Positions 63,546-64,000 of a stretch of DNA of 64,000 bases are shown piece by piece. Position 1 is the first letter of the stretch. Each line of letters begins with the position of its first letter. The stretch lies in assembly GCF_009914755.1 (NCBI RefSeq), contig NC_060943.1, one strand, 5' to 3'. The position numbers were made by a program, and so were the translations under genes. The DNA is from the human T2T-CHM13v2.0 reference genome, Homo sapiens. The notes below the pieces were generated by a model. It saw nothing but the letters and a program-made list of their open reading frames with translations, was not told the origin of the DNA and did not search any database.

Positions 63546-64000
63546 CCTTCCTGAGGGGGACACCCAGCCGGCCATAATGCAGCGTGGTGAGTAGGTGAGC
63601 TGCAAGTGCGGGGGAACACAGGAAAGAGAAACTCGGCCTGGGCACCATCAGGGAGAACTGTGAAGAGGGGTGGTTGGGCTGGCCTTCGAAAGGTTAGTAG
63701 GAGTTCTGCCAGATACACAGGAAAATGGCCTGAGGAGGTGGGGCCTGGGCAGAGGGCACAGAATGAACAAAAGCGGGTTGGGACAGTGTATGCTGGGTGG
63801 GTTAAGGAAGCCTCTTTGGGTTGAAAGGTGAATTTGTCTTATGTCACTGGGAAGTCTGTAGGAGGGGAGCTTCAGATGCAGCCCGAGTATGGGGCCCACA
63901 CGTGCCATTGGGGCTCTCCTTGGCTTCGCTCTGCCAGCAGGCTGGAGTCGGGCAGATCCTCCTGGTTTATCAACTCAGTGGAAAGAGGATTTAGAGTCTT

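Overview
Primate (very probably human) non-coding genomic DNA. No credible protein-coding gene, structural RNA gene, CRISPR array or prokaryotic system is visible. The supplied ORF track consists of chance ORFs and Alu/L1/L2-derived ORFs. About 67 Alu-family copies or fragments (FAM, FLAM/FRAM, AluJ, AluS, AluY; roughly a quarter of the window) are layered onto older MIR, L2, L1M, MaLR (MLT1) LTRs and DNA-transposon fossils (MER47, MER5A, MER58B, MER20, MER119, MER113). The first ~800 bp are CpG-enriched, carry promoter-type motifs and include a strong 5' splice donor. Old L1 and LTR fossils are mostly antisense to the + strand. Together these suggest the window is the start of a long first intron of a + strand gene, but I cannot name the locus from sequence alone. 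I found no evidence for a new biological system. The most interesting signals are small-scale repair and retrotransposition footprints (a 20-bp templated copy inside an L2, a tail-less L1/HAL1 ORF1 fragment between perfect direct repeats, a FLAM with an apparent 3' transduction, template-switch hairpins) plus a few candidate regulatory elements. Repeat family and subfamily calls come from recalled consensus sequences. Boundaries of old repeats are approximate (+/- tens of bp).
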